Source: an uncultured bacterium
GTDB taxonomy: Bacteria; Abyssobacteria; SURF-5
DNA: 26,688 nucleotides
Assembly (NCBI GenBank): GCA_964607485.1
Contig: CAZSKP010000051.1
Coordinates: 1 to 26,688, forward strand
Direction of reading: 5' to 3'
Shown: positions 16,948 to 24,752 of the stretch, piece by piece
Layout of the letters: each line of letters opens with the position of its first letter
How positions within the stretch are numbered: position 1 is the first letter of the stretch
Made by a program: the position numbers and the translations under genes
Notes under the pieces: generated by a model
Told to the model about the DNA's origin: nothing
The model's database searches: none
What the model saw: the letters and a program-made list of their open reading frames with translations, nothing else

Positions 16948-18561
16948 ATGCAGAACACCAAATGGATCATCGTTACGGGAGGCGTGCTTTCAGGCCTAGG
17001 GAAAGGAGTCGTCTCCGCCTCGATAGGCCGGCTGCTGGTGCCGAGGTATAAGGTAGTCCCCATCAAGTGCGACGGCTATCTGAACGTTGACCCTGGAACG
17101 ATGAACCCCACCGAGCACGGAGAAGTCTTTGTCCTCGACGACGGCGGCGAGGTGGACCTTGACTTCGGCCACTACGAACGGTTCCTGAACATACACTGCA
17201 AGTCCGAGTGGAATCTCACCTCGGGAAAGATATTCCAGGCGCTCGTGGAGAAGGAGCGGCGGGGCGATTTCCTCGGGAAAACGGTCCAGGTGATTCCTCA
17301 CGTTACGGGAGAGATACGGAAGCGTTTCAAGCGTATCGCGCGCAAGGAAAAGGCCGACGTGGTGCTCATCGAAATCGGGGGCACGGTCGGCGACATCGAG
17401 AACCTCTGGTTTCTCGAGGCGGTCCGCGAGCTCAGCGCCGATGTCGAGCCGAAGGACATCATTTTTATTCATCTTGGTCTCGTGCCCGTGCTCGACGAGC
17501 TGGGACAACAGAAGACCAAGCCGATCCAGCAAAGCATACTCTTCCTCAGAGAGCGCGGCCTGTTCCCCCAGGTGATTATCGGGCGCTCGAAAGAGAAGCT
17601 GACCGACCGCACGAAGATGAAAATCCACTGGCTGTGCAACGTGCCCGTTCAGAACGTCATAAGCGACCCCTACCTCAATTCCGTCTATGAGCTGCCGCTG
17701 GTGTTTGAGGAGGAAGGCCTCAGGCGCGTGCTCTCGAAAGAGCTCGCCCTGAGAATCCCCAACCACCTGGCCGAATGGAAGAAGCTCGTGGGACACATCA
17801 AGAATCCGAAGAATTCCATCACCATTGCCATCTGCGGAAAGTACACCGAGCTGGCCGATTCCTACATCAGCATCGAGGAGGCGCTCGTGCACAGCGCCGC
17901 GCACCTCAATTGCAGGGTGAACAGGAAATGGGTGGAGACGACGGACATCGAGCGGGGCAGAATAAGCGTCGAGGAGGCGCTGAAGGGTGTGCATGGGATA
18001 ATCGTTGCGGGCGGATTCGGGGCGCGGGGCGCCGAGGGCAAGATTTCCGTGATCAAACATGCGCGGGAGAAGAAGATTCCGTTCCTGGGGCTCTGCTACG
18101 GCCTGCAACTGGCGGTCGTCGAATATGCCCGGAACATGTGCGGCCTGAAGGACGCAAACAGCCGGGAGATATCAGTCGATACGCAGCATCCGGTAATAGA
18201 CTACCTGCCGGAGCAGATAGGCATCACGCAGAAGGGCGGCACCATGCGGCTTGGAGGCCATGATGTGATGATCAAGAAGGGGACGCTCGCCTACGAGCTG
18301 TATGGGAGCAAGACGCGCAAGAGATTCCGCCACCGTAACGAGGTGAATCCGAGATACATCAAACAGTTAGAGAAGGCAGGAATGGTTTTCTCGGGCAAGG
18401 CCAGAGGAAAGCCGATAATGCAGATCACCGAGTTAAACAATCACCCGTTTTTCATGGCCAGCCAGTTTCATCCGGAACTCACCTCGACGCTCGACAAGCC
18501 CTCCAAGATGTTCTATCGTTTTGTCGCGACTTCGCTGCAAATGGCCAAACAGCCCACCTGA
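16948..18561 (+). CDS. pyrG: CTP synthase
   Basis: TGGVLSGLGKG, YLNVDPGTMNP.EHGEVFV, DLDFGHYERF, KTVQVIPH, EIGGTVGDIE and KTKPIQ; glutaminase triad in GLCYG and QFHPE. Confidence 0.97.
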   Translation: MQNTKWIIVTGGVLSGLGKGVVSASIGRLLVPRYKVVPIKCDGYLNVDPGTMNPTEHGEVFVLDDGGEVDLDFGHYERFLNIHCKSEWNLTSGKIFQALVEKERRGDFLGKTVQVIPHVTGEIRKRFKRIARKEKADVVLIEIGGTVGDIENLWFLEAVRELSADVEPKDIIFIHLGLVPVLDELGQQKTKPIQQSILFLRERGLFPQVIIGRSKEKLTDRTKMKIHWLCNVPVQNVISDPYLNSVYELPLVFEEEGLRRVLSKELALRIPNHLAEWKKLVGHIKNPKNSITIAICGKYTELADSYISIEEALVHSAAHLNCRVNRKWVETTDIERGRISVEEALKGVHGIIVAGGFGARGAEGKISVIKHAREKKIPFLGLCYGLQLAVVEYARNMCGLKDANSREISVDTQHPVIDYLPEQIGITQKGGTMRLGGHDVMIKKGTLAYELYGSKTRKRFRHRNEVNPRYIKQLEKAGMVFSGKARGKPIMQITELNNHPFFMASQFHPELTSTLDKPSKMFYRFVATSLQMAKQPT

Positions 18562-18570
18562 GATTGCCCA

Positions 18571-18605
18571 TTCGCCCTTCGTCCTTCGCCCTTCGTCATC
18601 CGCCT
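18571..18605 (+). repeat. Tandem heptamer tract (ttcgccc/ttcgtcc), left side of the low-GC island
   Basis: ttcgccc ttcgtcc ttcgccc ttcgtca tccgcct, starting 10 nt after the pyrG stop. Confidence 0.8.
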
Positions 18606-18738
18606 ACACGTTTACCGCCATGATGCAATCTCATCAGCGACATTTCTATCAACAAATAGAGGCGACCGGCATAAGCCGTTGGAAAGACGGGCGAAGCACG
18701 CCACTGGCGTGACCTTCGGCGAAGATGTACATGGAGGA

Positions 18739-18772
18739 GTCATTGCGAGGAGAAAGGCGACGAAGCAATCTC
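18739..18772 (+). repeat. GTCATTGCGAG...GAAGCAATC-type REP
   Basis: gtcattgcgaggagaaaggcgacgaagcaatctc matches a widespread bacterial intergenic palindromic repeat type. Confidence 0.75.
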
Positions 18773-18868
18773 TCTTCATCTGTAAGCCATGTAAAACCAT
18801 ATTAGGACTTAAAACCAAGAATAAAGATTTGACCCTTTGGACTCACGCAAGATTTGTAGATTTTACGC

Positions 18869-19456
18869 TTATGCCTTCCCGGATTTCGAATTCTTGGGAG
18901 GAGGTCCGGGAAGAAAGATTCGCTTCTGTGAATATTCGATGCCTCCACAGAGCGCAAACAGGTTTAGATATTCATGGAAGCGCTTTTTATTCGAAGAATC
19001 TAAACTAAGATCACGGAAAATAGTTTCCCATGTGGAAACCGACATTTCTCCCCTATTACTCAATATTGCGGCAGACTTATCGAAGATCAACTCAACTGGA
19101 CAGCCCATGCTCCTGAACGCCTTCTTCAACTGATTTCTCAACGTATTATTGAATAGGTCTCTTTCGACCGCTCGATGTCCTACTTTGGTGAGTTCAGCCG
19201 TTCCACTCGTCAATAAATCCAAGTGGATGCATGTCTCGATGACCTTCTTGACCGTTTCCTTCTTAACAGTTCGAGGGACAGCCTTTCCCGATTTTTCGAC
19301 CTCAAAATATGTGAAATTCAGATAGCCCATTCGAAGGATATTCTTTACTAGCGATTCGGTTGAGGAATGATCCATTTTTCGCGCCTCATCCAATATGACT
19401 TGGATCTTTCTGTATAGGCTTCTTTCCGGTATGCGAATCATGGCAGGTTTCCTCAT
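18869..19456 (-). CDS. Basic hypothetical protein, probable tandem winged-helix (gene 4 of the SIR2 operon)
   Basis: wHTH wing-like pattern VIETCIHLDLL...ELTKVG and a second unit F.EYLNLFALCGGIEY.QKRIFL; ATGA overlap with the upstream gene. Confidence 0.7.
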   Translation of the reverse strand: MRKPAMIRIPERSLYRKIQVILDEARKMDHSSTESLVKNILRMGYLNFTYFEVEKSGKAVPRTVKKETVKKVIETCIHLDLLTSGTAELTKVGHRAVERDLFNNTLRNQLKKAFRSMGCPVELIFDKSAAILSNRGEMSVSTWETIFRDLSLDSSNKKRFHEYLNLFALCGGIEYSQKRIFLPGPPPKNSKSGKA

Positions 19457-20763
19457 GGGTTAAATACGAGAGATAGTTGCAGCGACTCACCGTGTCTTGG
19501 CTTAGGCGGGATTGGTGGCTTCTTCTTCTCGGCGGGCTTGTCCTCAGAGCCATCCTGGCGCTTGCCTCCTAGATACTCTGCGTCAATGATGGCAAAATAT
19601 CCATCAACCAAGCCTACGAAATCCTCAAGCGAAATATTGCCTTCCCACACACCGTTGGGATCGGCAATATCATCAATCAAGGGTTTGTACGAAGACAGCC
19701 TTAGTTTATCCTTTTCTAGAGATTCATGATTATACCTAATTGGCCGCGTGTCTTTTCGATAGGTTAGCAGGATCCTAAGATTCTCATACGCGCTCTGGGT
19801 CATAGCTCTGTCTACTACAGCTCCCTCACCGCGCCTCTTGGCACTTGAACGGTTCTTTTCAAAACAGTCGGCATTATGAAAGACGCCCCAGAAATAAGTT
19901 GAGAATTCATGACAGAGAATACCTATGAACTGCATGGTAGTCACTCGAACATCTTCCCAGATTGACGCAGCGGGTTGGCGGGCGATCCTGAGAGCACTTG
20001 GCACGCTGCTTCCCGTCTTCTTGTAAGCTAGGATCTTGGCGTAGCCACTCAAGTATGTAGAGGAGTCAAATAGCGACTTATTCATTATTTCGGAAGCAAA
20101 GCTCCGTGCCTCCCATGCCATTTTGTCAGCCGTTACGAGCCCTCTCGACGCTCTTATGCTTGATATATTGGTTGATACGTATGACATCCACTTTTGACAG
20201 GCCTCTTTCCATGCGTCTATTTCGTACCCAATCTGGTCGGCAGTGTGATCAGGAGCTTGATGTCTTCCCAGTGATATGATCTCTCTTTCAGTCAAATATG
20301 ACAGTGCGTCAATAAGGTCTTCTATCTGATCAATATCCTCCTGATGGATCGCTTTCTGCCCCTTGAGCTCAAATAGGTCTCTTTCCTCAATGTGGGATTC
20401 GACTGTTACCTCATGGCCATACGGTATGCTTTTGTGTTTGTACGTGACAATCTTTCGCAAGCCACTCCCAATATTGCTGAAAAACTCCATAACGTCCAAT
20501 ACCGCTTTTGGCTTTTCTGGATCGGTTGTTGGTGAGGCCAATCTCGTTCCATGTTTATCATTCATATCCAAGCCTGGTAGCTGTATAAGTGACTTATCCT
20601 TCATGCGCAACACAAACCAAAGATTGTGAAAGAGTCGGATGAGTTTGTCGGCTTCCTGCCAAGGAATCTCGCCTCTCCGCCGAATTGCATAGCCAAATAC
20701 TTTGTGAGATATCGGTTCCAGTATGGCAAGATCTTGCTGTGGACCTGCAATATTCCCCGTCAT
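19453..20763 (-). CDS. Hypothetical protein, 436 aa (gene 3 of the SIR2 operon)
   Basis: Long ORF in low-GC DNA starting 19 nt after the gene 2 stop; no catalytic motif recognised; K/P-rich tail ending QLSLVFNP. Confidence 0.8.
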   Translation of the reverse strand: MTGNIAGPQQDLAILEPISHKVFGYAIRRRGEIPWQEADKLIRLFHNLWFVLRMKDKSLIQLPGLDMNDKHGTRLASPTTDPEKPKAVLDVMEFFSNIGSGLRKIVTYKHKSIPYGHEVTVESHIEERDLFELKGQKAIHQEDIDQIEDLIDALSYLTEREIISLGRHQAPDHTADQIGYEIDAWKEACQKWMSYVSTNISSIRASRGLVTADKMAWEARSFASEIMNKSLFDSSTYLSGYAKILAYKKTGSSVPSALRIARQPAASIWEDVRVTTMQFIGILCHEFSTYFWGVFHNADCFEKNRSSAKRRGEGAVVDRAMTQSAYENLRILLTYRKDTRPIRYNHESLEKDKLRLSSYKPLIDDIADPNGVWEGNISLEDFVGLVDGYFAIIDAEYLGGKRQDGSEDKPAEKKKPPIPPKPRHGESLQLSLVFNP

Positions 20764-20782
20764 TTATACTGGTCCCCTAGCA

Positions 20783-22186
20783 TCAAAGCAGTCCGATGTA
20801 CTTCTGGATTCGCAGTGTGATCCCCTCACCTTCAGGGCGAAAAATGCGGACTTTGTACTCCCTTCCGTCGGAAAATGGTAATGACTCAATATCTGGCACG
20901 ACATCTGCCTCATCGATTACCTTGTCAAGCGCGGCGCTAATGACCGCAGTCGGTATGTTCAATCTGCCCGCGCAGTCCATTATCTCAGCGCATGTGGCCC
21001 CACTCGCTCCGTAGGAGGATTTTGTGAGGTGCCAGATTCTTAGTATTACTGGCATTATAATTTTCTCAAATTCATAATCTTTGCCGATAATGTAGCTTTT
21101 GGGTTCATCCTTGGACGATCGGCTTTTTCGCATTCTCTGTTCCGATTTCATGCTCAGGCCATCCTGAATGGCTGCAGAGACCTGCTTGTGAACCTCCTCT
21201 ATATCAATGTCTGGGTAAACGCTTCGCAAGTGACTCAGAGGATCATCGTAGTCGTTTGGCAACTGGCGCGGAATTTCCAATCTGTCTCGGATGGGATTAA
21301 GCACGGAGAACATCCCTCTCACAACTTCTAGGCTTGCCGAAAGGCCAACAAGGTAGAAATTGATGTCAGGAGAATCCAAGTCGGGAACACCATATCTCGG
21401 AATCAGTTTCAATTCTCTTGAAGTCAACCGTGTGGGGACATTTGGATAGAATAACGGAATTACTGCGAAGTACCCCTCCCTTCGTTCGATTACCCTACAT
21501 TTTCGAACAACTGATTCTGTTGTGACAGATTCCGGAAAGCGATTGGAGAAACTTGTCTCATCGATGAGTCTCGGATTATGTACTGTGACCGTTGTGCGAT
21601 TCTGGGAAGTCAGAAATTCAACTGTATCGCCGGCATTTCTGAGCACACTGAAAAACTCCCTTCTTGGGCAGAGTACTCTTATCGGAATTTCAATGTGTTC
21701 CGTGTCAAGCAGCAGCGAACCGCGGAATTGAAGATATGCCACAATGGCCTCTCTAATCTCATCATAAATCTCATCGGCCGCTTGAGGATAATAGCAGTAA
21801 TCAGGACGGAATTTGTCGGGGCAGTTTCTGTGGGCCGCAAAAACTGCCAATTTGAGCCGACCGGATTCTCTTGAGATTCCTCTGGCCTCCAAATTCTCGA
21901 GCAGGCGTTTCACCGTTCTTGCTTTTCGTATTGTGTCATCAAACACGAGGATTCTTGGCTTGTCGTCGAAATAATCGTCGTTAACAAGTCTCGCCGCAGA
22001 GTCGCAGAGGACGGAGCTCCAACCGAGAGGTTTGTCTTTGCTGTTATAATTGCTCTCGATGAAGGTGCGCAATAGAGCCGTTCCCTTGCGATCGACAGCA
22101 ATCACAAGATTCGGTTGAAAGTCCTTCAAAGTTGCCTCAAGAAATCTCCACATCTTCCATTGAATCTTACTCGCCGCTGTCGACAT
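20783..22186 (-). CDS. Type I phosphoribosyltransferase-fold protein with probable C-terminal winged helix (gene 2 of the SIR2 operon)
   Basis: LVIAVDRKG (PPi-loop-like) and RILVFDDTIRKARTVKRLLENL (PRPP-loop-like); C-terminal ISAALDKVIDEADVVP...RIFRPEGE. ATG at 22186 lies 6 nt after GGAGG and overlaps the SIR2 gene end by 20 nt. Confidence 0.72.
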   Translation of the reverse strand: MSTAASKIQWKMWRFLEATLKDFQPNLVIAVDRKGTALLRTFIESNYNSKDKPLGWSSVLCDSAARLVNDDYFDDKPRILVFDDTIRKARTVKRLLENLEARGISRESGRLKLAVFAAHRNCPDKFRPDYCYYPQAADEIYDEIREAIVAYLQFRGSLLLDTEHIEIPIRVLCPRREFFSVLRNAGDTVEFLTSQNRTTVTVHNPRLIDETSFSNRFPESVTTESVVRKCRVIERREGYFAVIPLFYPNVPTRLTSRELKLIPRYGVPDLDSPDINFYLVGLSASLEVVRGMFSVLNPIRDRLEIPRQLPNDYDDPLSHLRSVYPDIDIEEVHKQVSAAIQDGLSMKSEQRMRKSRSSKDEPKSYIIGKDYEFEKIIMPVILRIWHLTKSSYGASGATCAEIMDCAGRLNIPTAVISAALDKVIDEADVVPDIESLPFSDGREYKVRIFRPEGEGITLRIQKYIGLL

Positions 22187-23201
22187 CGGCATCCTCCCAG
22201 TCAAGCCCTTCCTTCTTGAAGTAAGCCTTTATTGCTTGGGTTCTACCATATCCAGGATGTTCCTTCAGAATCAGTTCAATTTCTTTCAGTACATCGCTGT
22301 CAGATTTGCCGACCTTTTCCTTGAGGTACCTAAGGGGCGGCCCTATTCGAATCTCATCGATTCGTTTTTCCAGTGCAGGAAGGAAATCTTCGGCTCTTGC
22401 TGGTAACAGGATTGCATTTCGGGTCTTCCATACCCTCCTTGCTATCCTCCATTCCTCTGAACTGTCCACCGGCAGCGCAACATACATCGTCCTATTTGGG
22501 CCGAAGCGCTGCATGAGGCTAAGCATGTAAAAGTATAAGTTCTTGAGATCATAATCGTTCATAGTATAGCCGACAAAGAGAAAGCGGTTTCGAACGATCT
22601 CTCCCTTCAACAACTGAGCGAGGGGAGTCTCGAGAGCATAGGTTTCTGATTCCGTTATTCTAATCTCACCGTTCACGATTCCGTGGAGATGAATTACTGC
22701 AACGCCCCCCTTGTTAAGATGCTTGTCGAACTCATGAACACTGCTGTCTATGATGGGGACAGCTTGTCCGCCAATGGCCTTCTCCAGCAGATCATCGTAA
22801 TTCGTTGTGTAAATCCGATTAATGTACTGCTGCGTTGCGAAGGTTCCGATTGCTGTGAGTCCTGGATGAATCGTTGCCGTGGAGGAGTCAAAGGCTTTGT
22901 TTATGAAGTTGTTCAGAGCTGTTCTGTCTGCACCTTCAGCGTAAGCCGCCGCTATCGCTTCAGGTGGATACTTCTGATTTATTTGGGAAATAGCAGAAGC
23001 ATCCTTGGCTGGATCCAACTTCAACAGATCACAGATGATGAATTCTGCGATCTCCTTGAACAGCGGCATTTTGCTCTTCTTCGACAAACCGGACCCGCAA
23101 AACAGAATAAGGTTTCTGTCAATGAGGTACTCGGCAAGACGCTTCAATTCTGCATTCAAGTCGTCCTTTTCTGCTGATCCGAGATAGCAAGGCCATGGCA
23201 T
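22167..23201 (-). CDS. SIR2-like (SIR2_2) NADase domain protein (gene 1 of the operon)
   Basis: LILFCGSGLS...MP, IYTTNYDDLLE, VIHLHG and FLFVGYTMND; no Zn-binding Cys pairs; short helical C-terminal extension; GGAGG RBS. Confidence 0.9.
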   Translation of the reverse strand: MPWPCYLGSAEKDDLNAELKRLAEYLIDRNLILFCGSGLSKKSKMPLFKEIAEFIICDLLKLDPAKDASAISQINQKYPPEAIAAAYAEGADRTALNNFINKAFDSSTATIHPGLTAIGTFATQQYINRIYTTNYDDLLEKAIGGQAVPIIDSSVHEFDKHLNKGGVAVIHLHGIVNGEIRITESETYALETPLAQLLKGEIVRNRFLFVGYTMNDYDLKNLYFYMLSLMQRFGPNRTMYVALPVDSSEEWRIARRVWKTRNAILLPARAEDFLPALEKRIDEIRIGPPLRYLKEKVGKSDSDVLKEIELILKEHPGYGRTQAIKAYFKKEGLDWEDADVDSGE

Positions 23202-23371
23202 TGCGCGAATCCTCCGTTTGCGGCTCCGGCTCTAGAAACACATCAGGCTTGCCCTAGAGAGTACAACTTCTTTTGAAGAAGGGATGACACTCAGCCCTTC
23301 CACAGTGAGAAGAACTCTTTTTGGTCTTTAAGGAAACTTCAGATAGTGTGCAAGGATAACGCCGCGAAAAA

Positions 23372-23400
23372 ATTATATCGGTCGTCGGCACCTGTGTCAA
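23372..23400 (-). promoter_or_regulatory. Perfect-consensus sigma70 promoter of the SIR2 operon
   Basis: TTGACA (23400-23395), 17-nt spacer, TATAAT (23377-23372). Confidence 0.85.
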
Positions 23401-23837
23401 GTGATACCTCCAATATTTTTTTGGGGTACTGCATGCGTAGAATTGTACGCGCAGACAACAACGTCAAGGGATTGTGCGTCAGGCTAGTGCGTAACACTAT
23501 ATGGAGTAGATAGCTGCATTATTGGAGGGTTCATGATAATGAGCCGCGTGACCTCGGAAGTGCTGGCGAGAATAAATAATTAGGTATGGTAGTTATGCGT
23601 AGCCTCAGCAAGCCGCGAACGACCTCTCCGGTGGGTACACGTTCTCGCCATCCAGCTGGATAGATCCTGTCAACCTTGACATTCCTGATGACATTTCGGA
23701 GTGGGAATGCATCCAGTGAAAGATCAGTCCAAAGTTCTGTCCGGAGTCGCAAAGTTCCCTCTGAGTTCTGAGTTCAAGGTTCAAGGAGACAGTTTCACAA
23801 TCCCCTTCGGGCGCGGCAGTGCGGCGCTTTTACGGAA

Positions 23838-23886
23838 ATCGCCCTTCATCCTTCGCCGTTCGCCCTTCGCCCTTCGTCCTTCGTCC
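23838..23886 (+). repeat. Tandem heptamer tract (ttcgccc/ttcgtcc), right side of the low-GC island
   Basis: atcgccc ttcatcc ttcgccg ttcgccc ttcgccc ttcgtcc ttcgtcc. Confidence 0.8.
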
Positions 23887-23980
23887 CATACCGTGTCGCC
23901 TTGACGGCCAAGAAGCGTGAGTGCTATCATAAAAGGCCGTCGTCGTAATTCGGCCGTATCACATCGTATGGTGGAACGCA

Positions 23981-24751
23981 TTGAACTTGCTGGAACGGGT
24001 GGGACGCGAGCGATTGCTCTTCGGCCACAGGGGAGTGCCCGAGGAGACTCCGGAGAATACTCTCGCGAGCTTTCAGAGGGCCGTCGAGCTGGGTCTCGAC
24101 GGAGTCGAACTCGACGCACGCTTGTGCAAGTCGGGCGAGCTCGTGGTGTTCCACGATGAAAAGGTTGACAAGCTGACCGACGGTTCTGGCTACGTGAAAG
24201 AACTCGCGTTCGACGAGTTGAGGCAACTTGAGGCGGGAGTACGCTTCGGGCGGAATTTTAAGAGCGAAAGGATTCCCTCCCTCGAGGAAGCGCTCGGGGT
24301 GCTGGGCGGAAAGATGCTGGTCAACATCGAGCTGAAAGGCAACTCCATCGGCGACGACGGGCTCGCAGGCAAGGTCGTGGCGCTGGTGGAAAGGATGGGG
24401 CTGCGGTCGTCGGTCATCCTGTCTTCGTTCAACCCTTTTTACGTCTGGCGGGTCGCCAGGGCACGCGCGGGCCTCACGGTGGGCCTGCTGTTTGCCGACG
24501 ACCAGCCGGTCCATCTGCGCCGGGCGTGGGCCTCGCGCCTGGTGAAAATCGACGGCCTGCACCCGCGCTATCCGCTCGTCACCGACAGGCTGATGCGGAG
24601 AGCGAGAGCGAGAAACTGGTTTGTGAGCACGTGGACGGTGGACGATCCCGCCCTGGCCGCCCGGCTGTTTGAAACGGGAGTGGACATAGTGATAACTAAT
24701 CGTCCCGAACAGATGCGCGAGGCACTGCGGAGCATGAGAGGGAGCGCCTGA
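23981..24751 (+). CDS. Glycerophosphodiester phosphodiesterase family protein
   Basis: GHRG....PENTLASF, GVELD, VVFHD, IPSLEE, NIELK, WTVDD and GVDIVITNRP; TTG start. Confidence 0.93.
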   Translation: MNLLERVGRERLLFGHRGVPEETPENTLASFQRAVELGLDGVELDARLCKSGELVVFHDEKVDKLTDGSGYVKELAFDELRQLEAGVRFGRNFKSERIPSLEEALGVLGGKMLVNIELKGNSIGDDGLAGKVVALVERMGLRSSVILSSFNPFYVWRVARARAGLTVGLLFADDQPVHLRRAWASRLVKIDGLHPRYPLVTDRLMRRARARNWFVSTWTVDDPALAARLFETGVDIVITNRPEQMREALRSMRGSA

Positions 24752-24752
24752 T

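Noticed and set aside
16996-18108. 370-aa ORF antisense to pyrG, and similar antisense ORFs over cysE, GDPD and DUF362
   Set aside because: Typical antisense shadows caused by codon bias in high-GC genes.
22167-23201. Housekeeping CobB-type sirtuin deacylase, or Thoeris ThsA
   Set aside because: It has TTNYD rather than TQNID and lacks the Zn-binding Cys pairs of CobB. It has no SLOG/STALD-sized C-terminal domain and no TIR gene nearby.
23531-23904. Short ORFs upstream of the SIR2 promoter as an island regulator or integrase remnant
   Set aside because: No HTH, WYL or recombinase motif recognised, and they partly overlap repeat tracts.
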